From an uncultured SAR86 cluster bacterium (lineage in GTDB: Bacteria > Pseudomonadota > Gammaproteobacteria > Magnimaribacterales > D2472), in assembly GCA_902541245.1 (NCBI GenBank), contig CACBPT010000003.1, forward strand, positions 2,762-66,761: a stretch of DNA of 64,000 bases. The letters run 5' to 3'. Under the pieces are notes generated by a model. The model was not told where the DNA came from, did no database searches, and saw only the letters and a list, made by a program, of their open reading frames with translations. A program made the translations under genes and the position numbers. Positions 35,566 through 45,731 of the stretch are shown here, piece by piece (the stretch's first letter is position 1; the number at the start of each line of letters is the position of its first letter).

Positions 35566-37577
35566 GACCTTATTTTAGCATTCAATCTTTTTTCTAAAAG
35601 CTTCAAAATTTTTTGCATTGAGTTATTAATATCGTTCTCTAATAAAGACTTAGCATTACTCTGAAAAACAAATCTTAATGTCATGCTAACAGAGCCTTTT
35701 GGTATATCCTTTCCCTCAAATGTATTAATAAGACTATGTAAGCCTAAAAACTTAATTTTTCCTCTATGAATTAATTCATCAATCTCTTTGTACGAAACAG
35801 ATTTATCGATCACAATATTAATATCTCGTGTGGAAAAAGGAAATTTACTAATTTCTTTAATTTTTGGATTACTTAGATCTAATAATATGTTTTCAGGATA
35901 CATTTCAAATCCTAAGGCTGGTTTTTTAATAAGTTTCTCTGTAACAGAGAGCTCAATTTCACCAATAACTGCAATTTTTTGGTTGTCAACATAAATTTCT
36001 AACATGTTTTCATTGAATGGCATTAAAGAGCTTCCTTTTTTAAACTCAATATTTTGCATACCAAGGGTTTGTAATAGTTTTAAGATTTCTGCCTTTAGCG
36101 AAAAAAAATTATATTCTAATGTTCTGTGGCTCCAGGTTTGTTGAGGTTCGTGATGATAAATTAGTCCTGATACTTGCAATAATTGGCTGAAGCCAGTTTT
36201 TTCTTTTTTAAAAACGTTGCCTGCTTCAAAAACTTTTATAGATGTATATCCTTTTTTTACATTCTTATTTACTGCTGCAAATAAAGACCTAAAAAGGCTC
36301 CCTCTCAGCAAGGGTTCGTTATCATTGATTGGATTCTTTAATTCAGCAGCAATCCAGCCATTTGAATTTAATTGCTGAAAGGACTCTCTAGAGACAAATG
36401 GCATATGCATGAGCTCCTTGAAGCCAGAATGAATTAAGCCAAGTCTAAGATTGTCCAAAACATTGCCTTGGGTATTTTTTATTATAGGCCCTGCCTTTGG
36501 CTTAGATATAGGAATATTGTCGTACCCGTAAGATCTTAATAATTCCTCGTACAAATCTTCTTCAAGAGAAATATCAAATCTGTGGCTGGGAACCTTGAAT
36601 GTCAGATTATTTTTGCTTTTAGTAAGAACGTTGAAACCCAAATTTTTTAATATTGAAATCGATTTACTTGCGTTGAAGCTCAAGCCAGAAAATTTATTAA
36701 ATCTTGCTATATTAAATTTAACATTCTTCTTATTAGCCTTAATGGATTCAGAATAATATAGTTCAACTGACTCATGCGCTGATATTTGATTTAATAAAAA
36801 TAAGAATCTTTCTAAGGCTAGTTGTTGTATCTCAGGATCTACTCCTCTCTCAAAGCGGTGAGATGCATCAGTAGCAAGTCCATACTTTCTTGCTTGATTC
36901 ACAATAATCTCAGGTCTAAAAAATGCGGCTTCGACAGCTATATTTCTAGTATTTGGTGTTACTGAAGACTCCTCACTACCAATTATGCCAGCAATTGCTT
37001 GGACACCAGACTGATCTTGAATTGTTAATGATGAGGGCTGAATATCTTTAACATCACCCCCGATGACTGTTACACAGGTATTTTTGGCTTTTGGAAATTG
37101 AACATTAATTGGAAGAGTGAGCTTAGCCAAATCAAATACATGCATTGGTGCACCAATTTCTAACATCACATAATTACCCAAATCAACTAAAGGGTTGATT
37201 AATGGAATACCAGCTGACTCTATAAAGCTTCGTTTTTTAGCATCTAGATTTTTTATTTTTTTCAAGCCCTTTACCAGCATTAAATGATAATTGCCACAAC
37301 CATAATCATCAATTTGATTAATAATTTTTTTATCCTTATTGAGTTTTAATTTCGCGGTTTCTAATTTATGGGAGGTTTTTGTTGATTGATATGCGATAAA
37401 TTCTCTTTCAAGACCCCTGAGGGACAAGGCATCACCTCTATTGGGCGTAATATCAAATTCTATTAGCCCTCCGTTTATTTCGCACTCAAAACCAACTTGA
37501 GTAAATAAATCACAGAGTTTTTTTTGGCTTAGCTTTGTATTAAGAAAACTCTTTAAATAAGAATATTGAATTTTCAT
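35562..37577 (-). CDS. pheT: Phenylalanine--tRNA ligase beta subunit (short form)
   Basis: 671 aa with the N-terminal MKIQYSYLKSFL...GFECE, then directly IEFDITPNRGDALSLRG. B3/4, B5 and FDX-ACB-like C-terminal regions are present. It overlaps pheS by 4 nt. Confidence 0.9.
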   Translation of the reverse strand: MKIQYSYLKSFLNTKLSQKKLCDLFTQVGFECEINGGLIEFDITPNRGDALSLRGLEREFIAYQSTKTSHKLETAKLKLNKDKKIINQIDDYGCGNYHLMLVKGLKKIKNLDAKKRSFIESAGIPLINPLVDLGNYVMLEIGAPMHVFDLAKLTLPINVQFPKAKNTCVTVIGGDVKDIQPSSLTIQDQSGVQAIAGIIGSEESSVTPNTRNIAVEAAFFRPEIIVNQARKYGLATDASHRFERGVDPEIQQLALERFLFLLNQISAHESVELYYSESIKANKKNVKFNIARFNKFSGLSFNASKSISILKNLGFNVLTKSKNNLTFKVPSHRFDISLEEDLYEELLRSYGYDNIPISKPKAGPIIKNTQGNVLDNLRLGLIHSGFKELMHMPFVSRESFQQLNSNGWIAAELKNPINDNEPLLRGSLFRSLFAAVNKNVKKGYTSIKVFEAGNVFKKEKTGFSQLLQVSGLIYHHEPQQTWSHRTLEYNFFSLKAEILKLLQTLGMQNIEFKKGSSLMPFNENMLEIYVDNQKIAVIGEIELSVTEKLIKKPALGFEMYPENILLDLSNPKIKEISKFPFSTRDINIVIDKSVSYKEIDELIHRGKIKFLGLHSLINTFEGKDIPKGSVSMTLRFVFQSNAKSLLENDINNSMQKILKLLEKRLNAKIRS

Positions 37578-38557
37578 GAAGGAAATTGATTTAAAAAGTC
37601 TAAATTGGAAGAATAAAATTCCCTAATATCTGTTACTCCATAGTAAAGCATAGCTAATCGCTCAACTCCCATACCGAAGGCAAAGCCTCGAAATTTTTTT
37701 GTTTCAATGTTGCAGCCATTTAATACATTAGGGTGGACCATGCCACATCCTAAAATTTCTAACCATCCCTGCTTACCAAATTTTACATCTACTTCAGCTG
37801 AAGGCTCAGTGAATGGAAAATATGATGGTCTAAATCTGACTTCCATCTTTTCATTAAAAAAATCCTCCAAGAAATCTATTAAAACTCCTTTTAAATCACC
37901 AAAGGTTACATCATCATCAACAACTAGACCCTCAATCTGAGTAAACATTGGTAGATGGGTTGTATCAGAGTCACATCTAAATACTCTGCCAGGAGAAAGA
38001 ATATATAAAGGTAAATCTTCATTAAGCATTGCATGCACTTGAGTATTTGATGTATGTGTTCTTAATAAATATTCTAACTTGCTATTAGAATTAAGATAAA
38101 AAGTGTCATGCATTTGTCTTGCAGGATGATTTTCTGGAAAATTTAATGCTTCAAAATTATAAAAATCTGTTTCTATCTCATTTCCAGAAAAAATTTGATA
38201 ATTTAAGAGAGAGAAATAGTTGATAATTCTTTGTGAAATTTTAGTTATTGGATGCTCAGAACCAACCAAAAATGGATCAGCTGGAAGGGTAACATCTAAT
38301 TTTTCATGATTATTTTTCCCTTCTACGTCTTCAATAAAGGTCTCAAATAGGTTAATTAAGTTATTCTTAAGTAAATTTAACTCTTTCGCAGCATTTACTT
38401 TCTCATCCGATTGAAGTTTCTTAAGCTTTGAAAATGCAGTGACAACAAAAGACTTTTTACCAAGATATTTAGCTCTTAGTTGAAAGAATTCAGCCTCTGA
38501 TTTAACGAATTTTAATTTGAGAGCGGCTGTTTCAATTAAATCCTGCGGGATTTGCAT
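37574..38557 (-). CDS. pheS: Phenylalanine--tRNA ligase alpha subunit
   Basis: 327 aa with HPARQMHDTFY, FRCDSDTTHLPMFTQIEG and GFAFGMGVERLAML, the class II aaRS motifs. Confidence 0.95.
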   Translation of the reverse strand: MQIPQDLIETAALKLKFVKSEAEFFQLRAKYLGKKSFVVTAFSKLKKLQSDEKVNAAKELNLLKNNLINLFETFIEDVEGKNNHEKLDVTLPADPFLVGSEHPITKISQRIINYFSLLNYQIFSGNEIETDFYNFEALNFPENHPARQMHDTFYLNSNSKLEYLLRTHTSNTQVHAMLNEDLPLYILSPGRVFRCDSDTTHLPMFTQIEGLVVDDDVTFGDLKGVLIDFLEDFFNEKMEVRFRPSYFPFTEPSAEVDVKFGKQGWLEILGCGMVHPNVLNGCNIETKKFRGFAFGMGVERLAMLYYGVTDIREFYSSNLDFLNQFPS

Positions 38558-38564
38558 GAGTAAA

Positions 38565-38912
38565 TTATACCCTGACTTTTTCTACGATTTTCTTAAAAGT
38601 ATCGGGATCAGAAAACGCAATTCCAGCTAAAGATTTTCTGTCTAATTTTATGTTTGCCTTATAGAGCTGATTGATGAATCTACTATAAGAAATTTCTAAA
38701 GGAATTAATGCCGAAGAAATTCTTGAAATCCATAAAGATCGGAAAGTTCTCTTCTTATTTCTTCTATCTCTAAAAGCATACTGAAGAGCTTTTATATTAG
38801 ATTGTTTTGCGGTTTTAAATAGTCTGCTTCTAGCACCATAATGTCCTTTGGTCGCTTTTAAAACTTTCTTATGTTTCGCTTTTGCGGCTAATGCTTTAGT
38901 TACTCTAGGCAT
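38565..38912 (-). CDS. rplT: 50S ribosomal protein L20
   Basis: 115 aa with MPRV...HKKVLK..KG..GARSRL...A. Confidence 0.95.
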   Translation of the reverse strand: MPRVTKALAAKAKHKKVLKATKGHYGARSRLFKTAKQSNIKALQYAFRDRRNKKRTFRSLWISRISSALIPLEISYSRFINQLYKANIKLDRKSLAGIAFSDPDTFKKIVEKVRV

Positions 38913-38917
38913 GGTAT

Positions 38918-39115
38918 TTAAATGTTATATAAAAGTCTTTGAGCTATTTTTTTTGTCTCATTAGCCATCTTAATCATTCCACGATTGTGACGTTTTCTTT
39001 TTGTGGTTTGCTTAGTCAAGATATGAGCACGAGATGCACTTCTTCTTTTTAGACCATTGCCAGTAGTCTTGAAACGCTTTTTTGCACTTGAATGTGTTTT
39101 TAACTTATAACCCAT
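38918..39115 (-). CDS. rpmI: 50S ribosomal protein L35
   Basis: 65 aa with [15 protein letters not shown]...R.A...H. Confidence 0.95.
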   Translation of the reverse strand: MGYKLKTHSSAKKRFKTTGNGLKRRSASRAHILTKQTTKRKRHNRGMIKMANETKKIAQRLLYNI

Positions 39116-39117
39116 AA

Positions 39118-39639
39118 TTATTTCTTTCTTATTTGCGAGAGAACCATTAATAGCTGCCTACCTTCAAGAGATGGCTCTTGATCAACTTGAGCAATTTCAT
39201 GTAGGTCCTCCCTCAGACGATTTAAGAGATCGAGGCCTAAATTACTATTTAATATTTCTCTTCCTCTAAATCGAACGCTGATTTTAGTCTTATCTCCGTC
39301 ATTAATAAAGCTTTTTATTTTTTTTAATTTAATATTGTAATCACCTACATCAGTGGTCGGACGAAATTTAATTTCTTTTAAAGATTGTTTTTTTGGTTTT
39401 TTAGTTCCGCCGGTGCTTTTTTTCTTTGCAAATTGAAATTTACCAAAATCTAAAATCTTGCAGACAACTGGCTGAGCATCAGACGAAGAAACTTGAACTA
39501 AGTCAAGATTTTTTTTCTGCGCTACATCTAAAGCTTCATCAATTGCAAATAATCCTATTTTCTCTCCGTCAGAACCAATTAACATTACCTCTTTTGCAAA
39601 GATTTTATTATTTATTGGAGTCGTGGATTTTTTCTTCAA
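39118..39639 (-). CDS. infC: Translation initiation factor IF-3
   Basis: 173 aa aligning to the IF-3 N- and C-domains ([21 protein letters not shown]...DLVQV...[12 protein letters not shown]). The codon at 39637-39639 is TTG, so the start is non-AUG. Confidence 0.9.
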   Translation of the reverse strand: MKKKSTTPINNKIFAKEVMLIGSDGEKIGLFAIDEALDVAQKKNLDLVQVSSSDAQPVVCKILDFGKFQFAKKKSTGGTKKPKKQSLKEIKFRPTTDVGDYNIKLKKIKSFINDGDKTKISVRFRGREILNSNLGLDLLNRLREDLHEIAQVDQEPSLEGRQLLMVLSQIRKK

Positions 39640-39736
39640 AACAATAACTAAAGACCTTAAATGATGAGAGAGATATTAATCAAAATAAATTTGATCAAAG
39701 AAATGGATTGTTAAGCGATTTAACATTGAAATGGAT

Positions 39737-39745
39737 TTTATAGCA
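39737..39745 (-). promoter_or_regulatory. Candidate extended -10 element (TGCTATAAA) upstream of infC
   Basis: On the minus strand the infC-pdxH gap contains TGcTATAAA (TGn plus a 5/6 match to TATAAT) about 100 nt upstream of the infC start. I found no clear -35. This rests on the motif only. Confidence 0.25.
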
Positions 39746-39768
39746 TTATTCACGAAAAGAAAACTATC

Positions 39769-40368
39769 TTATGGTTGAAGTAAACATTCAACCCATCCAT
39801 CATCTTGTTGTTCAAAAACATATCTTTTATTTAACCTGTTTTTATGTCCCTTCCAAAATTCAAAATAATAGGGTGTAAATGAGAAGCCTCCCCAAAAATC
39901 AGGTCTAACTGTATCAGAAGTCATCCTATTTAAAGTTTGATAGAAATTCTTTTCAACTTCGTCAAATGAATCAATAGTCTGGGACTGATTTGAGCTGATA
40001 GCCAATGCATTCTTTTCCTTGGTTCTACCTTTAAAATGCTCATCAGAAAATTGCATGGATGTTTTAGAAATTAAAGCTTTTATTCTAATTTGAGTGTTAA
40101 TGCTTGACCAAAAAATTAAAACAGAAACTTGGCTATGAGATTTAAACTGTTTGGCTTTAGGAGAATTATAATTTGAAAAAAATATCCATTCATTGTTATG
40201 AATATACTTAAGATTCACATACCTTGCTTCAACTTCGCTCATTTCTTGGCTATATGATGAGACAGATATTGCCTCAATGCCTTTTTGTTGATTTTCAAGA
40301 GCTTCCTGATACAGAGATTGAAAATGAATATATGGTTTTTCAGTACTCGGATTAATAAATTTAATCAT
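39769..40368 (-). CDS. pdxH: Pyridoxamine 5'-phosphate oxidase
   Basis: 199 aa with the C-terminal RPDFWGGFSFTPYYFEFWKGHKNRLNKRYVF, characteristic of PdxH. Confidence 0.9.
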   Translation of the reverse strand: MIKFINPSTEKPYIHFQSLYQEALENQQKGIEAISVSSYSQEMSEVEARYVNLKYIHNNEWIFFSNYNSPKAKQFKSHSQVSVLIFWSSINTQIRIKALISKTSMQFSDEHFKGRTKEKNALAISSNQSQTIDSFDEVEKNFYQTLNRMTSDTVRPDFWGGFSFTPYYFEFWKGHKNRLNKRYVFEQQDDGWVECLLQP

Positions 40369-40384
40369 CAGTGTTTAAATGAGT

Positions 40385-40471
40385 TGGTGCCCAGAGCCGG
40401 ACTTGAACCGGCACGAAGTTGCCTTCGAGGGATTTTAAGTCCCTTGTGTCTACCAATTCCACCACCTGGGC
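40385..40471 (-). tRNA. tRNA-Leu (UAA)
   Basis: The reverse complement is GCCCAGGTGGTGGAATTGGTAGACACAAGGGACTTAAAATCCCTCGAAGGCAACTTCGTGCCGGTTCAAGTCCGGCTCTGGGCACCA. It has anticodon loop CTTAAAA, a long variable arm, T-arm GCCGG-TTCAAGT-CCGGC and an encoded CCA. Confidence 0.9.
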
Positions 40472-40516
40472 AATTAGTTTTTTCAATGTTTATATTAATT
40501 TAAATAAGTTGAAAAA

Positions 40517-41824
40517 TTAGGCACTAAGTTTAAGTGATATTCTTTCTCTTTCGGCATCAATCCCAAAAATAATACAAGATAGCTTATCACCCTTCTTAAA
40601 ATTTTCCATTGCTTTAGCAGGATTTTCCTCTTCAGTAATATCAGAGAGATGAATAAGACCATCAATATCGCCCTCCAAGCCAACAAAAATACCAAAGTCA
40701 GTTACAGATTTTATGTTGCCTTCAACAGCATCGCCCAATCCATACTTATTGGCAAACTCTGTCCAAGGATTTACCTTTGTTTGTTTTAAACCGAGAGAAA
40801 TTCTTCTCTTATCATGATCAATCTCCAAAACCATAACCTTGATTTTTTCATCTAAATTTACAACCTTTGATGGATGTATATTTTTATTAGTCCAATCTAA
40901 CTCTGATAAATGTATTAAGCCTTCAACACCTTGTTCAAGCTCTGCAAAACATCCATAATCTGTTAAATTTGAAACTGTAGCTTCATAAACACCGCCGACA
41001 GAATATTTGCCTTCAATTTTTTCCCAAGGATCGTTCTGAATCTGCTTTAATCCTAATGAAACTCGAAGTTTTTCTTTATCAAAGCTTAATATTTTTACAT
41101 CAATTTCTTGACCAAGACTTAAAATCTCAGATGGATTCGTAACCCTTGACCATGAAATATCTGTTATGTGCAAAAGGCCATCTAGTCCACCAAGATCGAC
41201 AAAAGCACCATAGTCAGTTAGATTTTTGACTATCCCTTTTACAATTTGCCCTTCATCAAGATTTTTTAATAACTCAATTTTTTCAGCTGAATTAATTTTC
41301 TCTAAAACAGCTTTTCTTGAGAGCACTACATTATTTCTTTTATAGTCAAGCTTTATAACTTTAAATTCTTGCACAGTATTCTCAAGCTCTGGGGCCTCCT
41401 TAACAGGTCTAATATCGACGAGTGATCCAGGCAAAAATGCTTTGACAACATCGACTTCAACAGAAAAACCACCCTTGACTCTTGTTAAAACCTTGCCCTC
41501 AACAAATTCACCAGTTTCTAAGGCCTCTTCAAGTTTTTTCCATGTGCCAATTTTTCTTGCCTTTTCTCGAGAAATTCTTGTTTCTCCGTAGCCATCTTCA
41601 ACTGCCTCAAGAGCAACCTGAACCTCATCCCCAGATTCAATCTCAACGGAACCATCATTATTCCTAAACTCATCCAACGAAATTACTCCCTCTGACTTCA
41701 ATCCAACATGGACTGTCACCCATTCTTTATCAACATCTAGAACTACTCCTGTGACAATCGAGCCAGGTTGCATTTCAAGTGTGCTTAAACTCTCATCTAA
41801 TAGTGCAGCAAAACTTTCTGACAT
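40517..41824 (-). CDS. rpsA: 30S ribosomal protein S1 (five S1 domains)
   Basis: 435 aa with [13 protein letters not shown]...GSIVTGVV. I count five S1/OB repeats by eye, and the protein ends right after the fifth. Confidence 0.9.
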   Translation of the reverse strand: MSESFAALLDESLSTLEMQPGSIVTGVVLDVDKEWVTVHVGLKSEGVISLDEFRNNDGSVEIESGDEVQVALEAVEDGYGETRISREKARKIGTWKKLEEALETGEFVEGKVLTRVKGGFSVEVDVVKAFLPGSLVDIRPVKEAPELENTVQEFKVIKLDYKRNNVVLSRKAVLEKINSAEKIELLKNLDEGQIVKGIVKNLTDYGAFVDLGGLDGLLHITDISWSRVTNPSEILSLGQEIDVKILSFDKEKLRVSLGLKQIQNDPWEKIEGKYSVGGVYEATVSNLTDYGCFAELEQGVEGLIHLSELDWTNKNIHPSKVVNLDEKIKVMVLEIDHDKRRISLGLKQTKVNPWTEFANKYGLGDAVEGNIKSVTDFGIFVGLEGDIDGLIHLSDITEEENPAKAMENFKKGDKLSCIIFGIDAERERISLKLSA

Positions 41825-41829
41825 ATTTT

Positions 41830-42498
41830 TTATACTTCCTTCGTTTTCTCTTTATAAATTTTTAAAACTATTTTCAATACTTCTTGAGGAGTTAGATTCG
41901 ATGAATTCAATTCAATTGAATCATCTGCAGGCATTAAAGGAGATATTTCTCTATCCTTATCCGCCTCGTCTCGCAATCTAATATCATCAATTAGATCGCG
42001 CATATTAACTTCTTGACCAGCATTCTGCAACTCTAAAAACCTTCTCTTGGCCCTTACTTCAACATCAGCCACTAAAAAAATCTTGGTCCCTGCATCTGGA
42101 AACACAACAGTACCCATATCCCTGCCATCTGCAACCAAACCATGATCACTAGCCAGATCTCTTTGAAAGCTAATTAAATTCTCTCTAGTTTCTTTTAGAC
42201 TGCTAAGCTCAGATGCAGATTTAGCTACATCTTCATTTCGAAGGATAGAAGTAATATCTTTTTCATTCTTAAAAACATGCATCTCATGATCAATGCTCTT
42301 TATATTCAAATTAGAAAAAAGATCTGCGGCAAGAGAATGATTTTGACTATGATCGAAACAGAATGAATATGCTCGGTAGAGCAAACCGCTATCAAGCAAA
42401 ATAAAGTTAAGCTCTTTTGCTAATGCTTTTGCTAGCGAACCTTTACCGGAAGCAGATGGGCCGTCAATTGTAATAATTTTGTTATTTTTTAAGCTCAT
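41830..42498 (-). CDS. cmk: Cytidylate kinase
   Basis: 222 aa with the [14 protein letters not shown]-loop, in cmk-rpsA synteny. Confidence 0.9.
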   Translation of the reverse strand: MSLKNNKIITIDGPSASGKGSLAKALAKELNFILLDSGLLYRAYSFCFDHSQNHSLAADLFSNLNIKSIDHEMHVFKNEKDITSILRNEDVAKSASELSSLKETRENLISFQRDLASDHGLVADGRDMGTVVFPDAGTKIFLVADVEVRAKRRFLELQNAGQEVNMRDLIDDIRLRDEADKDREISPLMPADDSIELNSSNLTPQEVLKIVLKIYKEKTKEV

Positions 42499-43798
42499 AT
42501 CCAGTAGAAGAAATTAGCTCAATGAAATTAGGAAATGATGTAAAAATATTTTGACAATCCCTCACAGTTATTGGTTTTGAGCATTTAAGGCCAGCAATAA
42601 GGAAACTCATAGCAATTCTATGATCATCATAGGACTCTATTGAAATTGAATGGTCTATTAGAAGTGTATTTGGTGCTCCTTGAATATTCATGCCATCCTC
42701 AAAATTTTCGTGCTTGATGCCAAGTGCACTAAAACCTTCTGAAACTGCTTGAAGCCTGTCCGATTCCTTCACTCTAAGCTCTGCAGCATCTTTAATTACG
42801 GTCTCGCCATCCGCAAATGCAGCGGCGATAGAAATAATGGGTATTTCATCGATTATGTTTGGGATGATTTTTCCTGAAAGCTCTACTCCCTTTAATTTAG
42901 ATTTTTTAACTATAATATCTGCGCAGGGCTCTCCTGACTCTAATCTTTGATTTTTAACTTCGATATTTGCACCCATCTTCTGCAATACTTTTAGTACTCC
43001 AGTTCTTGAAGAATTCATTCCAACATTGGTAATTTCTAGTCCAGGAGAATTACTTATTAAAGCACCAACTATTAAAAAGGCAGCTGAAGAAATGTCGCCC
43101 ACGACGGAATAATTTTTTGCATGCAGATTATTAGTTGATGCAAGTTTGATAATATTTTTACCATCCAAAGAAGTTGTTTCTATATTTGCTCCGAAGTTTT
43201 TAAGCATTCTTTCGGTATGATCCCTAGTCTGAATAGGTTCAATAATTTCAATCGCTGTACCTGCAGCCAAGCCAGCTAATAAGATACATGACTTTACCTG
43301 CGCACTAGCTATCGGTAGTTCATATGTATATTGCAAGTTAAATGTTGATGGTGATATTGAAATTGGTAACTTACCCCTCGATGACTCAATGTTAGCACCC
43401 ATCTCAGCTAGTGGATTAATTACTCGCTCCATTGGCCGAGAGGATAAGGATTCGTCGCCAACAAAAGAAGCTTTTAAACCCATGCCTGAAATTAATCCAA
43501 GCATGAGACGCAAGCCAGTTCCAGAATTGCCAAGATTAAGTACATTATCAACATTATGAAAACTTTGATTTCTTTTTTGTAAGTGAACTCTGTCATCTTC
43601 ATCAACTAGAATACCTGCGCCAATTTGATTGAGTGCATTCATGGTTGAAAGTGGATCTTCTCCATGTAAAAAACCATCAATAACCATATCTTGATTCATA
43701 AAAGCACCAAGTATTAAGACTCTTTGTGATATAGATTTATCGCCTGGACACTGAACTTTTCCAAGAATGTGACCATCAGTTGAAGTTGTTAAATTCAA
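42482..43798 (-). CDS. aroA: 3-phosphoshikimate 1-carboxyvinyltransferase (EPSP synthase)
   Basis: 438 aa with PGDKSISQR, LGNSGTGLRLM, KESDRL and DHRIAMSF. Confidence 0.9.
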   Translation of the reverse strand: MNLTTSTDGHILGKVQCPGDKSISQRVLILGAFMNQDMVIDGFLHGEDPLSTMNALNQIGAGILVDEDDRVHLQKRNQSFHNVDNVLNLGNSGTGLRLMLGLISGMGLKASFVGDESLSSRPMERVINPLAEMGANIESSRGKLPISISPSTFNLQYTYELPIASAQVKSCILLAGLAAGTAIEIIEPIQTRDHTERMLKNFGANIETTSLDGKNIIKLASTNNLHAKNYSVVGDISSAAFLIVGALISNSPGLEITNVGMNSSRTGVLKVLQKMGANIEVKNQRLESGEPCADIIVKKSKLKGVELSGKIIPNIIDEIPIISIAAAFADGETVIKDAAELRVKESDRLQAVSEGFSALGIKHENFEDGMNIQGAPNTLLIDHSISIESYDDHRIAMSFLIAGLKCSKPITVRDCQNIFTSFPNFIELISSTGYELKK

Positions 43799-44637
43799 TA
43801 GTTTGATTCCTTAAAATCCTTAAGCTCAATTAAAAGATCCCTTAGAATCTGAGGCTCATTTGCAATCTGACCCTTTAATAAATTGAGATTTTTAATTAAT
43901 TCTTCTATCGCAAAAGATATGTTCTTCTCATTCATTGAAAAAATATCTGTCCACATTTCTGGAGATGATGATACTAATCTAAGAAACTCTCCAAGACCAC
44001 CACCCGAAAAAATCGCAAGATCATCTTTATCAAGTCCCTTAAGAGTATTTAATAATGCATAAGCAACAACATGAGGTAGATGACTTGTATATGCAAATAT
44101 CTGATCATGTAACTCAGCATCCAAAACTGTTACTTTAGATCCAAGCAACTCCCAGAAACTTGTTACTCGATTTATATGCATTAATTCCGCAGAATCATGA
44201 TAAGACAAAACAGTTGATTTTCCCTCGAAGAGACCAGAAACAGAATTTATTTCACCTGAAAGGTGAGACCCTGCTACAGGGTGCGAAAAAATAATATTTT
44301 TTGGAAAATTTAATTTTTGTAGAGATTTGTTCAATGGATTTTTAGTGCTTGTTGTATCCGTAATAGTAACTGAGGAATTAAATAAAAAATGCAAGGATTG
44401 AAGAACTTCAATGCTTACATTTGGGGGGGTAGAAATGATTATTAGCGAATCTTTAAATTCAGCATTTCCTAAATCATCAAGAGCATTCAGTGATCCCGAA
44501 ATTGATTTGTTGTCTATTGCATTTCTTATGCTTGATTTATCAATATCAAATGCCAGAATTTCATGATTGTTTGAACTTGATAGACTTTTAGCTATTGACC
44601 CACCAATTAAACCTAAGCCGAAAATAATTATTTTCAT
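43795..44637 (-). CDS. tyrA: Prephenate/arogenate dehydrogenase
   Basis: 280 aa with the IFGLGLIGGSIA Rossmann motif and HPVAGS. It lies between hisC and aroA, with 4-nt overlaps on both sides. Confidence 0.8.
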   Translation of the reverse strand: MKIIIFGLGLIGGSIAKSLSSSNNHEILAFDIDKSSIRNAIDNKSISGSLNALDDLGNAEFKDSLIIISTPPNVSIEVLQSLHFLFNSSVTITDTTSTKNPLNKSLQKLNFPKNIIFSHPVAGSHLSGEINSVSGLFEGKSTVLSYHDSAELMHINRVTSFWELLGSKVTVLDAELHDQIFAYTSHLPHVVAYALLNTLKGLDKDDLAIFSGGGLGEFLRLVSSSPEMWTDIFSMNEKNISFAIEELIKNLNLLKGQIANEPQILRDLLIELKDFKESNY

Positions 44638-45731
44638 AAAAGTTCTTCAATTGCACTAAGAAATTTTAAATTTTCATCTTTGATTCCAATTGTCACTCTA
44701 ATGAAATCTTTCATGTCATATAAGTCTAATGGCCTTACAATAACTCCTTTTTCCATCAAACCATAAAATAATTCTTTACCAACAAAGTCTCCTCTAAAGG
44801 TTATAAAGTTTCCAACTGATGGAATGCACTCTAGCCCAAGTTTAGATAATTTATTAAATAAGAATTCATATTGTTGTGAATTAAGTTTGATGCTTTGCTC
44901 TATATGTTCTTTATCATTAATCGCTATGGAAGCCATAGCTTGGGCTATAGCATTTACATTGAAAGGTTGTCTAATTCGATTGAGAACTTCTATAAGAGAG
45001 GGATTAGCAATGCCATACCCAACTCTAATGCTGGCTAAGCCATGAATTTTTGAGAATGATTTAGTAATTAATAAATTGTCAAATTCGCTTAATAAATCAA
45101 TTGGTCTTACATAATCTGCTTTGGTTACATACTCAAAGTAAGCACAATCTAGAACAACCAAAACAGAAGAAGGGACTTTTTTTAGTAAGGTATGCACTTC
45201 ATGGTGACTGTTGTATGTTCCAGTTGGATTATTTGGATTAGCAATAAATATTACTTTGGTGCTTTGTTCTATGTGGTTTATAAATAAACCTAAATCATGG
45301 CTCCAATTAGATGTGGGAATTTCAATAAGTGATGCCCCAGCAGATTGAGTAACAATTTTGTAAACTGCAAAAGCATGTTTTGAAGCGATGGAGGAAGTAT
45401 TAGAATTAAGAAAAGCCCTTGCAGCAAGTTCTAAAATCTCATTGGAACCATTTCCAATAATAATATTATCAATGGCAACATTCTCATGACTAGCGATCTC
45501 CTTTTTAAGTTTTGTTCCATTTCCATCTGGATATAAATGCAAATCATTCTTAAGCTCTTTCAAGACTGAAAGAGCCTTAGGAGAAGCTCCGAGAGGATTT
45601 TCATTGCTTGCTAGTTTAACTACCTCATCAAGATCGAACTCATCAATAACTTCATCAACAGAGCGGCCTGGCTCATATGGATAAAGATCGGTAATTCCAG
45701 GATTTAGATTTTTGAGAATATCTGAACTCAT
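44634..45731 (-). CDS. hisC: Histidinol-phosphate (aromatic) aminotransferase
   Basis: 365 aa with LASNENPLG and KSFSKIHGLASIRVGY (PLP lysine). Confidence 0.85.
   Translation of the reverse strand: MSSDILKNLNPGITDLYPYEPGRSVDEVIDEFDLDEVVKLASNENPLGASPKALSVLKELKNDLHLYPDGNGTKLKKEIASHENVAIDNIIIGNGSNEILELAARAFLNSNTSSIASKHAFAVYKIVTQSAGASLIEIPTSNWSHDLGLFINHIEQSTKVIFIANPNNPTGTYNSHHEVHTLLKKVPSSVLVVLDCAYFEYVTKADYVRPIDLLSEFDNLLITKSFSKIHGLASIRVGYGIANPSLIEVLNRIRQPFNVNAIAQAMASIAINDKEHIEQSIKLNSQQYEFLFNKLSKLGLECIPSVGNFITFRGDFVGKELFYGLMEKGVIVRPLDLYDMKDFIRVTIGIKDENLKFLSAIEELL

Noticed and set aside
40285-40503. 72-aa plus-strand ORF.
   Set aside because: It runs across tRNA-Leu(UAA) and the pdxH 5' end, so it is an artefact of the tRNA sequence.
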